A DNA stretch of 63,893 nt, counting the filler, from Ionaspis alba (Eukaryota): NCBI GenBank assembly GCA_964255285.1. It is 4 parts of 4 records of this genome, joined end to end, with 100 filler letters (N's around TTAATTAATTAA, not from the genome) between each part and the next. Parts side by side here need not be neighbours in the genome. Positions count along the whole stretch, not along the records: positions 32,040 to 47,917 come from CAXUUL010000360.1; positions 48,018 to 63,893 come from CAXUUL010000361.1; 2 more parts are not named here. One strand, written 5' to 3'. Of this stretch, positions 35,929 through 49,220 are shown one piece after another (within the stretch, counting starts at the first letter, position 1; every line of letters begins with the position of its first letter). A program made the position numbers and the translations under genes. The notes beneath the pieces were generated by a model. It was not told the DNA's origin, searched no databases, and worked only from the letters and a program-made list of their open reading frames with translations.

Positions 35929-37446
35929 ATGGCGTATGTTGACTTTGGCCGGTATAAACGGGTTGTAAAGTACTTTTGGGACCCCGAGCCGATCAACGAC
36001 GTTGCCTCGTCAGCTCCAATCTGTTGCCTCGGGACAAATTATGCTTCCGCCTCCAGGGTCGAGGCACCTGTCTCCGCCAGGATAGTTGACGGATTGACCG
36101 AGGAATCGCGGGCGGACTATGATGACCCAGGGATCGTTCACCTCCCGGAAAACAACTTTTCCGACCAGACATCAATTAGTGGTGAGACCAGAGACAGCTT
36201 GAGACCTCAAGAAGGTAGGCTGGAGGACAGAGGCTGGCCCTCCGACTTCCTCGATGACTTTGAATCGAGGTTCTGGTTCACCTACCGCTCCCAGTTTCCG
36301 CTCATACACAGGTCTACAGAGCCTAGTGCTCTTGCATCTATGAGCCTTTCTGCGCGCCTACGAAGTCAGCTGGTCGATCAAGCAGGCTTCACTTCGGACA
36401 CAGGATGGGGTTGCATGATCCGATCCGGACAGTGTCTACTGGCGAATGCCTTGGCAATCCTTCGCTTTGGACGAGGTTTGTATTTGCTCAATCAGTCCAA
36501 GCCTGGACACTGATCATCGATAGACTGGCGACGAGGCGCCCGAGCCGCAGAGGAGCGACGATTACTCGCAATGTTCGCTGACGACCCGCATGCACCCTTC
36601 TCGCTGCACAAATTTGTCGAGTATGGAGCCATGGCTTGTGGGAAGTATCCCGGTGAATGGTTTGGACCATCTGCTACTGCCCGGTGCATCCAGTGAGTAG
36701 ACTCACCACCCAGGAGCCTCCATACTAACGTGGAGCAGAGCTCTGTCGGAAAATTATCCTCTCAGCGGGCTCAGGGTTTATGTCACTGGCGACGGCTCTG
36801 AGGTCTACGAGGACGTCCTACTTGGAATTGCCCAGCCGGACGGAGGCATCTTCCATCCAACTTTGATCCTGATAGGTATTAGGCTCGGGATCGACCGAGT
36901 AACGCCGGTATATTGGGAGGCTCTAAAATCGACTTTGAAAATGCCACAGTCGATAGGGATCGCAGGGTAATTCCTTCACCCCCTTCGTCTGCTATAATAT
37001 GCTCACTACTATATTACAGGGGACGACCTTCGTCTTCACACTACTTTGTTGGAGTACAGGGCAATAACGTCTTCTACCTTGATCCACACCAAACCCGACC
37101 AGCACTACCATGGCACGAGGACAGCGATGACTACTCGATCGAAGACGTGGACTCTTGTCATACTCGACGACTGAGACGGCTGTCGATTGGTGACATGGAC
37201 CCCAGTATGCTTATAGCCTTCCTTATCCGCAACAAGGCGGACTGGCAGACCTGGCGGCAATCCATAGCTCGTACGTCTGGGAAACCAGTTGTCCGTGTGG
37301 CAGATACAGAATCATCTTTGTACGGTCATGGTGCTGAAAGATTGAGCGCCGTCGATGAAGTGGAAACTTTTGACGATGACGAGGACGAATCTATAGATAA
37401 TGCAGCGGGCGATGTCGAATTGGGTTCTCCCCCGAATCAAACATAG
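35929..37446 (+). CDS. ATG4: Autophagy cysteine protease Atg4 (peptidase C54), 4 exons
   Basis: WFTYRSQF, catalytic [44 protein letters not shown]. Confidence 0.96.
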
Positions 37447-37979
37447 ATGCCACACATTCTTCATACCTGGAACTCTTGCCGCTGAGATCATGTGATATAA
37501 CTGCAAGTGTTCATGACAGCTTGACATTCATTTATACCTACGGAATGTACCTACAGAAGTGACTCTCAATTCACCATTAAAAGATTTCTACTCCTAGATC
37601 GGGATGTGTCGCTTTAATTATGGAATCTAGATGCTATTACTGATGGATCGGGCAGACCATCTGAGTGAGAACTCAGGAATTAGGAGGCTCCTGTATACTG
37701 TTGACTTGTAAAGCAAGATAGTCATGCTAGAATGTATTGCTCGTCGTGTCAGGTGTAAGCAGGATTGAGATGTTCGGGCTTCATGAGTTGTTATTTCTTA
37801 ATGTACAGCAAAAATGATTTGGCCCCTCATGCCGACCAGTGCAGACGCGGCTCCGTAAAGCCAATCCCATAACCGCATTAGAAACCCCCAAACACCAAAA
37901 CCATTCCACCGTTACCTACCTTTCAATTCTTGACAGCCAAGACCTGGGCGTAGAGCTGGAAAGGCTGTAAAGAACCATC

Positions 37980-38583
<604 letters not shown>

Positions 38584-39066
38584 ACTGATGAGATTAGGTG
38601 TTGTATCCGAGAGTGAACAGGTGACGCGGTTTGACTGGGTCGAGGTTGATGGAATGTTGGTGGATAGTGACGACGATGGAGTGTGAAAGATAGATGTGAA
38701 GGAAAGATGGAAGTTGAGCGCGGTCGGAAATATTATAGTCGCTGCCGGGCGGTCGTGATATGGTTAGCGCGAAGGAGCCAGAAAAGATGGCGCTAAGCGA
38801 TCAAAACAGAAAACTGCAGGAAGCGAGCTTGTGATAGGTGCTTGATAGTGATCTAGGTGATTCATGACTAAGCGAAGCCACCCAAATCATCACCTGGGGT
38901 TCACTTTCGCTGAGCTGCTACTTAAACACCAATCGACCATTCCTTTGTCTTTCGATCACCTTTGCAACTCACATCATCCATAACGAGTGAAGCACTTAGC
39001 TGTTTATCATCCCACATCGACCAAGTCCAACCCTCTCGACCCAAATCTTACGCCTACTCCCTCAAT
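38584..39066. promoter_or_regulatory. Bidirectional H2B/H2A promoter
   Basis: 483 bp between divergent start codons; clustered GTGAT/ATCAC motifs. Confidence 0.8.
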
Positions 39067-39680
39067 ATGACTGGAGGCAAATCTGGAGGAAAGGCCAGCG
39101 GCAGCAAGAACTCGCAGTCGTAAGTTGCATGACTTGTACTAGCTTGTTTCCCATATCTCGGACTCTGAGCTTCTAGACTCCCTGCGAATACCGAAGAAAT
39201 CTAGCTAATAACATTTGATAGCCGCTCGTCCAAAGCCGGTCTTGCATTCCCTGTTGGCCGTGTCCACCGCTTGTTGAGGAAAGGAAACTACGCTCAACGC
39301 GTCGGCGCAGGTAAGGCATTCCTCACAGAACGTTCGATGTATTCTTTTAAATGTCGTACTAATGAGCGTCAAGGTGCCCCGGTCTACTTAGCTGCAGTTC
39401 TCGAGTATCTCGCTGCCGAGATTCTCGAATTGGCCGGTAACGCCGCCCGTGACAACAAGAAGACCCGCATTATCCCTCGTCATCTCCAACTAGCCATCCG
39501 TAACGATGAGGAGCTGAACAAACTCCTCGGACACGTCACAATTGCACAGGGCGGTGTCCTACCCAACATTCACCAAAGTAAGCGCCCCTTCGACATATGC
39601 ATATGTTTCCTAACAAGTCATTAGATCTCCTACCCAAGAAGACGGCCAAGAGCGGCAAGACTGCCAGCCAAGAGCTTTGA
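39067..39680 (+). CDS. HTA1: Histone H2A (3 introns), C-terminal SQEL gamma-H2A motif
   Basis: [12 protein letters not shown]...[35 protein letters not shown]...[17 protein letters not shown]. Confidence 0.98.
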
Positions 39681-40127
39681 GATATCAGTCTGGGATCTGG
39701 GGTATGGTGCTTTTCTCATGCGTTAACGGGGTCTCGGTGGGGCATTGGGTTTACGGATTTTCAATTGCTCTGGGGGTGTACATTATGTCCGTGGCAATGG
39801 CCTGATTCTAGATAATCATGAATTCAATCATCGACCAATCTGCCGAACATCCCTGCGCTAATTCTGATTTGCACACAGCTGGTGTAGAGCGTGCTGGCAG
39901 TGCCTATGACACCTGAGATACTGCTGTTCACATGCACTTGAAAATTTGTCCGCTAGTCGCACCAACGTTCAATACTTAGGACAGCTTGATACACCAATAT
40001 TGTGAGCTTCGGAATCGTAAATTGTACACTGTCCCCACCATGTATACGATTTCCCAAGTATCAAGTACAAAGGTCTATAATTACACTGTTATCACTATTG
40101 CCCATCGGTAGGTGGTTCGACGGTATG

Positions 40128-40657
40128 CTAAAGTGTCATGTGCGGTGGAGCTGTACCCATGTCAATAGGCAGTTCCTCTATGATGTGGTGTTATATAAAG
40201 ACTTACGGTCTAGGATGGGGGCAGGAATATTTCTCTCAAATTTGGAACCTGCATACACTCAGCAGGTGCGAGGTCTGGATCAAGGACGACAGACCGCCCG
40301 GTGCCGTCGGAGCGTGGTAGGGGTCTGGGTGCTTCCACTTCTCCAACAAAGCCTCAGTCTCTTGGAATAATGCCTATGTAAAGCTGAGTAACGTCGGACC
40401 TGATAATCGAACGGGTCACTGAATCCGGAATAGCCAAGCTTACTCTTTGCTGCCTTGGTTCTCGAACACTTTTGTTGGCTTCAAATAGAGATCTGATGTA
40501 GAGTGCTTGGCCACGCCAGACATAACGATGTACTGCCCAGTCAAGGGACAGTTTCAAGCAGCGCCGATAAAGCGAGCTGCAATAGAAACTAGTCAGCAAC
40601 TTGTTGTGGGAATTGTGGGGAGGTAGAGCTTCACCTAACTGATTGCTTGCTGGCCAT
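40128..40657 (-). CDS. NDUFB9: Complex I subunit B22/NDUFB9 (LYR family), multi-exon
   Basis: SLYRRCLKLSLDWAVHR..WRGQALYIRSLFEAN..., WKHPDPY.APTAPGGSKFERN. Confidence 0.9.
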
Positions 40658-41054
40658 ACTGCTTCGTCGTGTCCGAATTGAGTGAACTTTGGATGGAAGA
40701 CTTCTATCGCAGGATATTCTGATGATGAGAGAGGTCAAAGGCGTGGAGCTAGGCTAAGGAATAAGTAATGCGCAAACGGATAGACATATGGAGTTGGGCG
40801 ACTAATACGGACTGTGGTGTTGATGTCTTGGCATGCGGAGCTTGCAGAGCTTCGCTCCGCTATTCGGACTCAAACCTGCAATCTTCAGCAGAGGAACATA
40901 GCAATACCCGAAGATGAGACATCTTGCTTGATTTTGTCTGTCTCTCTAGCAGTCCTTGAATTCACGTGGCTGAGCCGTTTCCTTCACAACAGGGTGAGGA
41001 AGCGTGAATCGCGCGAGAATCAGTAGCGGCCCCGAGTCCTACCATTCAAGAGCA

Positions 41055-42847
41055 ATGGCAGGCTCATTACCACATACTCGTCCTCTTGGTAGGTCGGCCA
41101 TGGCACAATTTCAACTGTACTCTGCCCGCAGATACTCCTCGTGGCTCAGAGCCCGCCCGTCGACCGCTTCGAACTGTCGGTCTAGGTAGACTCTAAAATC
41201 TCCCACTTCACGCTCCTATGGCTAACGCTACTTTAGCAACAGCCTATATCTCCGCGACTGGTGTAACAGATTTGCAGCCTCACAACGCAGGTACTACGGT
41301 ATGTTCGACTAATTCTCGAAGCGTTAAAAGTCGCTGAAAAACTCGGTAGCAGACAAAATGGTGCAGGTGCCACAAATGGCCGAATCAATAACTGAAGGAA
41401 CCCTAAAGCAGTGGTCGAAAAGTAGGTGGCTAAAACATGTCTCCCGTATTGTGGAGCTTGCAAGGTATGAGTAATAACGGAATGACATAGAGATTGGCGA
41501 CTATGTGGAACAGGACGACGAGATCGCGACCATTGAGACTGACAAGGTATCCTGGCTGCTCGAAACACTGAGTTGACAATTCACTGCTGATGCATCATCG
41601 GGCGAGTAGATCGACGTTGCGGTCAACGCTCCGCAGGCTGGAACCATCAAGGAGTTCCTTGTGAACGAGGAAGACACCGTCACGGTGGGCCAGGACTTGG
41701 TCAAAATGGAGCTTGGGGGAGCTCCTCAAGGAGGAGATACAGAACAAGGTTCTTCGGCACCAAAAGGTCCTGCCTCGGAATCTCAAGCCACCGCTTCAGA
41801 TCCAGAACCCAGCAACGACGAACCGCGACCCAAGAAAGCAACGTCATCACCCACCCTGCAAGAGGAGAGGCCAGAAACTGCTCGGGAGAAGGTCATGCAG
41901 AGTCCGTCAAAGCAACAGCAAGTTCCACCCAGTCCGCCAAAGCAAGACAGCCAGCCGACCAAAAGTTCGAAGAGCCAGGAACCTGAGCAGAAGGGCGGTG
42001 CTGGCGCTGTCGCGTTCGGTAGCAGGGAGGAACGACGTGTATATTCGTTATCATCATCGAGATAGCATCTTGCTGACTTTATGCCAGGTGAAAATGAATC
42101 GCATGCGTCTTCGTATCGCTGAACGGCTGAAGCAATCTCAGAATACGGCAGCATCCCTGACCACCTTTAACGAGGTTGATATGACCTCTCTAATGGATTT
42201 CCGCAAACTCTACAAGGATGAAATTCTGAAAAGGAGCGGGATCAAGCTTGGATTCATGAGTGCTTTTTCCCGCGCTTGCATTTTAGCGATGAAAGACATT
42301 CCGGCCGTGAACGCATCTATCGAGGGACCCAACGGAGGGGATACCATAGTTTATCGAGACTATGTTGACATTAGCGTAGCTGTGGCTACTGAGAAGGGCC
42401 TGGTGACCCCTGTGGTTCGCAACAGCGAATCTCTAAGTCTCATCGGCATCGAGAAAGCCATCGCAGATTTAGGGAAGAAGGCTCGAGACAACAAATTGAC
42501 GATTGAGGATATGGCTGGCGGAACCTTCACCATTAGCAACGGGGGGGTTTTTGGCTCTTTGATGGGGACACCCATTATAAACTTACCCCAGACTGCTGTT
42601 CTGGGTTTACATGCGATCAAAGAGAAGCCTGTTGCTGTCAATGGCAAGGTGGAGATACGACCCATGATGTTTCTGGCTCTCACCTACGATCATCGTCTGC
42701 TAGATGGCAGGGAAGCTGTTATGTTCTTGGTCAAGGTATGCGACGATGCTGTCCATGGCTTCGGGCCTCCGCAACATTCTCTTTCAACTAACACTTTACT
42801 AGGTCAAAGAATACATAGAAGACCCACGAAGGATGTTGCTAGGCTAG
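41055..42847 (+). CDS. KGD2: Dihydrolipoamide succinyltransferase (OGDH E2), multi-exon
   Basis: Lipoyl domain [61 protein letters not shown]. Confidence 0.96.
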
Positions 42848-43153
42848 ATTACTACAATTGTAAGCCAGTCTCCTACTGCTTGATATTTGCCGTTATTACA
42901 TTTGTGATCCGATGCATTGCACATACGCGTATTGTAAGATACATCATCCATATTCAACGTTCTTGCTGTTCTGTAACAGATACAACGCAATACATGAACT
43001 CTTGAATGCTCTACAATCGACATGTATGGCTGAACATCTCTGCCTGGGTTGACGTGGCTTGTCTCAAAGCAAACTCTCAAAATGCAAGTTCGCCATTCAA
43101 GTGTCCTCCAAAGGTCTGTAGTCTAGAGAAATCTGCACAGGTAAGAACATGAG

Positions 43154-44893
43154 CTATCGCCTTCTATCTCTGGATGGCTTCGGGACAGGCTGCGCGTGTT
43201 TGAATTCCTTGATGTGGCTGAATAGCCCTCTTTTCGAAGAAAAGTGAGACTGACAGGTTGCGCATATAAACTGATAGCCCAGAAGTCAGTTCGCAACCAA
43301 GGTGCAAGCCTTAGTCAGAGATCTTACCTCGTTCGATCCACTATCTGCCATTGCTGCCTTCTGCAGTATCTTCTTTGCGCGCTTCTCCTTGGCTTTCCCA
43401 AATTTAGGTCGTGGAGGGGGGGCACCATTTCCGCTGTCTGGGCAATGTGTCGGAGGGTCGACCGATGTACTACCGCCATAGTCGTCCGAAAGTACTCTGT
43501 CAGAGGCACTTGAGCTGGCTGGTCCATCAGCCCATATTCGCTTTTCAATTTCCTCCCTGGAAGCGTATTCGTCATCTGATTCCGGTGATGGCATTCCTTT
43601 TGTTGGGAGTTCTAAGTCGCCTAGTGCATCAGTGTGGAGATCCATAAGATGCGAGTGCTCGCTAGATTTGTCGCCTTTGACGCTTTCTCTGTGTCCTGAT
43701 CCGTCAGGTATTTGACATCTACCATCCGGTATGCTGACTGTCTCCACTTCTTCCACGACATCATCAAGACCTAGAGCACTTGCCTCTCGTTTCATATCCC
43801 TTTGAAGATGCTGCACAGCCTTCGAATGCTTCTTACTTTTCTCATGTGCCAAGTACTGTTTTTCACTCTTAAAAGTTTTCTGACACACCACGCATTCAAT
43901 CTCAGGAACTAGCTTGGCCGATTCTTCTTCCTCTTCGTTTTCAGAACAAACTTGCTCTGATTGACCACCAATCTGAGCCCACTGCGCTAACGGCTCATGC
44001 ACAAGTTTGGCTTCATTAGCGGCCCTGGATTTGGCAGCTTGTGCTGCCGCTCTGTCCCGCAAAACTTTCTGCCTCTCTGCTTCACTTTGGACGATTAGTG
44101 TATAACGCGGATCTCGTTTCTTGATAAAAGCTACCAGTGCTCTCACTGACTCATTAAATTCTTTTATACTTTCTTCGCGTAGGCGTCTATTTTCCTTCTC
44201 CATAACACGCCGAACTCGACGATCTGGCGCCTCACTATACCGAAAAACGTCCTTCCAAGAAAAAGGTTTTCTGGTCGAAAAATTGGCCCAAGTCGAATAG
44301 AATGACTTGACCACATCATCATACAAGTCGTGGGCTGAACCAAATGAAGGGTAGTGGACAGGAGCCAGACCCTGCCAATTCGATGCGTTACGCTCTTCTT
44401 CCGCAAGCCGATTGAAAAATACCCGGAGCGCGCCATAGAACGCTGAAGGTTCATCGGAGAGGTCCAGTCGCCCATCGAAGTTCATGAACATCTGTGTGAT
44501 ATCCTCCGCTGTAATGACGCCTTCGTGTCGTTCTCCAGACTTGGTAAGAGGTCCATGCAGGATTTCTTCCCGATGCGTATCATACCAGGCTCGCTCTTGA
44601 ATATCAGACAGTACTTCGTAGGCCGATTGGATTTCCGCGAATAGCTTGGTGGAATCCTCCGCGGTACCGTAATTACGATCTGGGTGAAGCTCCAAGGCTT
44701 TCCTGCGATACGCCTTTTTGATCCTATTCAGCTATCAGCACGGGCCCCCGGCTAAAGGTTGATGTAAAGCTAACTCGTCCTCTGTGGCTGATCGATCGAT
44801 CCCAAGGAGTTCATAGTAGCAGGTTGGTGGTCTGCCAGTGCTCGAGTCGGTGCCGCGTCTGTTGCCATGGTTCGAAGATTGGTAGGCACCCAT
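43154..44893 (-). CDS. JJJ1: J-domain C2H2 protein Jjj1/DNAJC21
   Basis: [44 protein letters not shown]; two zinc fingers ([16 protein letters not shown]). Confidence 0.93.
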
Positions 44894-45228
44894 CTCGCCG
44901 AACTCAATGACTACGTGTGTCCCACAGCTCTATGAGCCATAGATGCACAGAGATATTCTACTGCGCTGATTGTAATCTAGCATGGTATCATCAAGTGTAG
45001 GGTTATTTTGCCTTTCTCTCTGGCTGGAATAAGGCAATGAGGCGAGACTCTCATTTTGAATTAGCATGAAAGGTTCAGAGGCCACATGTCAAATTCTTGA
45101 AGATCATGGCATGTAGTAGCTGCACTGTATAAACCATGTACGCTAAGTGTTACCTCGGGAAGGTTATGAAGTTGGACAATCGTCTCACTCGCGAAGTTCC
45201 GATTCTTGCCGGACGCCGCATAAACTGT

Positions 45229-45408
45229 TAGTCTCGGCCACCACCAAAGTGGTCAAACCACCAATGTGGTCACTAAAATTTTTGGCTAATAAAATAACAG
45301 TGCTAAGGTTCTAGCGTGGCTATTTTATTCTTGGCATGGTCAATTTATTAGCCAAAAATTTTAGTGACCACATTGGTGGTTTGACCACTTTGGTGGTGGC
45401 CGAGACTA
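45229..45408. mobile_element. MITE, Tc1/mariner-type (TA-flanked), with perfect 65-bp inverted arms
   Basis: 45229-45293 is the exact reverse complement of 45344-45408; 50-bp spacer; both ends are TA; no ORF. Confidence 0.85.
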
Positions 45409-45716
45409 GAGTTTAAATGGCAAGTCTATTTCTACCTCGCATTGTTACATGAACAAAGGCACCAGAGATACCTCATTGGATGTCTACAGCGGTACTAAGA
45501 ACCCTTGCTCGTGCTGCTGTTGTTGTTTCAATCGAAGCTGGCGAACGATCAACAAGAGGAATGGAATTTGTGAGAGTTATATGTCTTTGACATGGGACTC
45601 ATTCCATTCTAATCGTCCGCAACGTGCATCCGACCAACTCCACTCTTTTTCGAGCCAGTAGTACATAGTCTACTGACTTGAATGCAGGATGAGACTGACC
45701 AAGATCTGACGTCGCC

Positions 45717-47302
45717 ATGAAATTTGCACACGCGTTCGAGGCGGCTCTCAGACAAGAAGAATACCCGTCACGTTGGATACAATCAGCTATATCTTACAGA
45801 CAGCTAAAAAAATGTATCAAAGAGGTTCAAAAAGAGCTTTACAGCATAGGATTTGATCCGACCAACATTGCGCGCATATGGCCGACTGTAAAAGAAGACG
45901 CACATTGGGGACACCTGCAATATGAATTCGGAGGTGCAACACAGAATCTCGATGTTGAATAGTGAGCGTGCTGACCGGATGCAGACGATGTTACGCGTTT
46001 CGAACCAAAGCTCATTTTGGTAGTGGATTCTAGAGCTGGCACACCAGCCGCTGCGTCTTTGACTCCGGAAACTCGACTCTTCCTACATAACCTGATCCGG
46101 AAGTATGGGGAATTCCCATCCAATCAGCTCCTCGAGGTTGAGGAGAAGACCGATGCAGTCTCATCAGGCGATGCCGCTGACCCAGAAAGCCAGAACATAG
46201 TTCCTTTAGATGAGGGGGAACGCTCCCAGCCTCCGAAAACAATTGAGATCTCAATGAGGTCGGATGCAAAATTCTTTCGAATCCTCAGCGGTCAGCTTTC
46301 TGGCCTAAGCAGCCTTCAAGATCAAGAGCAAGCAGATCTGACGAAAACCATCGTCTTGCTGGGCCGTGATATCTCCTTCCTCACAAAACCAACCCATCGC
46401 TTGGCAAAGACTGATTTGTATACCTGGCGCGAGATCTTCCGGTAAGAGCCTCATGATACTTGGTTTGACGAATATTTTGAAGGCTGCTAACCGAGTTGTC
46501 CTTCAAACAGTCTTTACACCGATTGCCAGATCTTCTTCTCGACCAACGAACAAGATAAATTCAGTCGTGATTCCTCGGTTGCTCGAATTCAGCTAGAAAC
46601 ATTCTGGAACGAGCTCGACCAACATGATTTGTCTAGAAGACTCCGCAGAAGGGAGAGTCGGGGCGCTCTCGAGAGATTTGTGCAGATCAATTTCACTCTC
46701 CTCCGGCATCTCCGCTTCCAAGAGCTTAACGTACTCGCCATGACCAAGATACTGAAGAGTGAGTCTTACATCTGGACGTTGTGGGACGACCTTTGACGAG
46801 GAAGGCAGAGTTTGATAAACGCACAGCATTAAGTGCCCGGAGGACATTCCCCAACTTCATCGCAGCTGAGGCATTTTCATCGTCCACTTTGGCCAAAGCG
46901 ATATGTTTCCAGATCTCGGAAAAGCTTCTGACGACTGTGCCGCAGCTCAATGATTATCTATGCCCGGTCTGTTGGAATCTCGCCTTCAAACCTGTTCGAC
47001 TTGTCTGCGGACATGTCTTTTGCATTCGGTGCATGCTCACCATGCAACGGGCTCGTGAGGACCATTGCCCCCTGTGCCGGGGCGCTGTGGTCATGCAGGC
47101 CGACAGCAGTAAGCAGTTTCAAGTTCCTGATACTATCTTAGATCTAACTCTCTCTCTAGCAAATCTTGATCCAGCCCTTATCAATTTCCTTAAGAAGTAC
47201 TTTCCAGCTGAAGTAAAGGCAAAGCAGAGGGCCAACGAACACGATGCTGGTATTGATAGGTACGGCGAACGTTATATCCATAGCACGTGCCGAGTCATGT
47301 GA
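45717..47302 (+). CDS. SPX-RING E3 ubiquitin ligase (RING-14/Pqr1-like), multi-exon
   Basis: SPX MKFAH...ISYRQLKKCIK and KILKKFDKRT; RING CPVC..CGHVFCIRC..CPLCR; KKYFPAEVKAKQ. Confidence 0.9.
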
Positions 47303-47742
47303 AGAGATCGAGTCCTCGATGGTGCTGGACAAACCCATTTCTGCCCATGAGAGGTGCTACTTAGCTAGCATTTTACTCCTTGGCGGTCTGCGGCTTTCGG
47401 GACTACGACGTGTGTGGGACGGCTTTACTTCACAGCGTAAATGATACCCTTGAGTAACGAGAGGATGCCACGGATGCCATGATGCCCACTAGAAGCCCCA
47501 CAAAAAACGCTAGTATCCATGTTCCTCCGCCGATAATTATAGTTGGATGTCCGTCAAGACTGCCCATCATTTGCGCACGGCGGAGGGGTAATCTTTGCAT
47601 AGACGTTCCCCATGGCAGATTAAGCGGTACTAATAGCCCCAATCACGATGTAAGTACACTAGTGAGCCAGGCTATCCTTGGACTAGTGGCTCCCGAGGTT
47701 CAGATAAGCTTACTTGCATATCCTGTACCTGGTTGTTGTAAG

Positions 47743-47917
47743 TAGGAGTGGATTTGGGAGGGATTGGGAGGGAATTTTGACTTTTGTCCCGGTCTCGGGT
47801 GGGATTTTAATTTTTCAATCCCGTCTTAGGGTGGCAGGGATAAGGAATCGAGAATTCTTCAAATACCCAATATTTGTTACGGTATAACCGTACATATACA
47901 CATATTCATAAATATAC
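47743..47917 (+). mobile_element. Possible DNA-transposon (hAT-like) terminus at the scaffold end
   Basis: Starts TAGGAGTG, followed by repeated GGGA(T)/ATCCC subterminal motifs and a shift to AT-rich sequence up to the break. Confidence 0.35.
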
Positions 47918-48017
47918 NNNNNNNNNNNNNNNNNNNNNNNNNNNNNNNNNNNNNNNNNNNNTTAATTAATTAANNNNNNNNNNNNNNNNNNNNNNNNNNN
48001 NNNNNNNNNNNNNNNNN
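47918..48017. other. Artificial scaffold linker N44-TTAATTAATTAA-N44
   Basis: Same structure as the other two linkers. Confidence 0.98.
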
Positions 48018-48251
48018 TGTGAGAACTCGAATACTTGAGCGTCGAATCACCCGCCGCAAGAGCTAACAAAGGACCCTTCGCCCGCAACCCCGCACCACAG
48101 ATCCTCGAACAGCTTACTACCAAACAACACAACGCTATATTTTTCAAGCAGTATCATCATCTCGATTATTCCCCAACCTATCAGCCAAGAACCTCCCCTA
48201 ACTCCCAAGCCTCAAGCATCTCGATAATCACTTCACCTGCACCTCCTTACC

Positions 48252-48673
48252 ATGGGTCTCAAATCCCTCCTCCGCTCCTCCATTTCCGGTCCCTCTTCCT
48301 CCTCCTCCACCCAACCCAAAGACACCCCATCCACCCGTTCTACCTCCCTTTCCCAACTCTCAACCACCGATCCCTCCACCAACGTCGACGACCCTCCCCG
48401 CACCCTCTCCCTCGGCGAACAGCGCGAAGCCGCCGCCTTCGCCAAGATGAGCGAAAAGGAAAAGAAGAAGTGGTTGGAATTTAAAGCTGGGCAGGGGAAA
48501 TGGTCGACTAAGGGTGCGTGTTCTCCGTCTTGTGGTGATTGGGGAGGGACGATGTCGGGGTGTGGGTGAGAGGGGAGGGAGAGGAGGAGAGGATGAGGGA
48601 GGACTTTGGCTGATGCTTGTGTGTTGGTATAGAGGGTGCCGCGGGGTTGTATGCCGGGGGGAAGTGCTGTTGA
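48252..48673 (+). CDS. Small Ser/Thr-rich orphan protein (100 aa) ending GGKCC; intron 48514-48632
   Basis: ATG in CACC/TACC-like context; GTGCGT donor, GCTGAT branch point and TAG acceptor give in-frame EGAAGLYAGGKCC-stop. Confidence 0.6.
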
Positions 48674-48696
48674 TGGATGTGGGATGAGGGATTAGG

Positions 48697-48742
48697 GATG
48701 AGGATTGAGGATGGAGGATGGAGGATGGAGGATAGAGGATGG
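48697..48742. repeat. Degenerate (GAGGATG)n tandem repeat
   Basis: gatgaggattgaggatggaggatggaggatggaggatagaggatgg. Confidence 0.7.
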
Positions 48743-49220
48743 TTGTGGTGTCCCGGGCGAGAGGTATGGCGCTGGTCTTTGTTGTATAGGAAATGGGAAG
48801 GAAATCGGGCGTTGAGAGGAGTGGTTAAGAAATTCGTTAATGTTCATTGTGAGACTGGTCGATGATTTGCTTTAGATGAGTGCTACAAGCTGCAGCATCT
48901 GTGGACAGCCTGGCTATGTGTAGTAAGGTTATGTATTATATGTTGTCAGTCTTCCTCATGGGAATGTGTCATCAATTCGATCGCGAGTCTTGTTTCCTTC
49001 ACGCTCAGTCCACTGCTGTTGTGAAGGCGGGATCCATCATATCATTTTATAATCAATAAACATTATAAAGAGACCGTCTGTCTCTAGCAGCACAATCTGG
49101 GTATCATAAACACCGCAAACCTTCACCCCAAATAAACCTCTATGTCGACACGAAAGTAACACCATCGCCATGCAAATCACCATGACCTCCTCCCCTTCCA
49201 TCCATACAACATCACCATGG

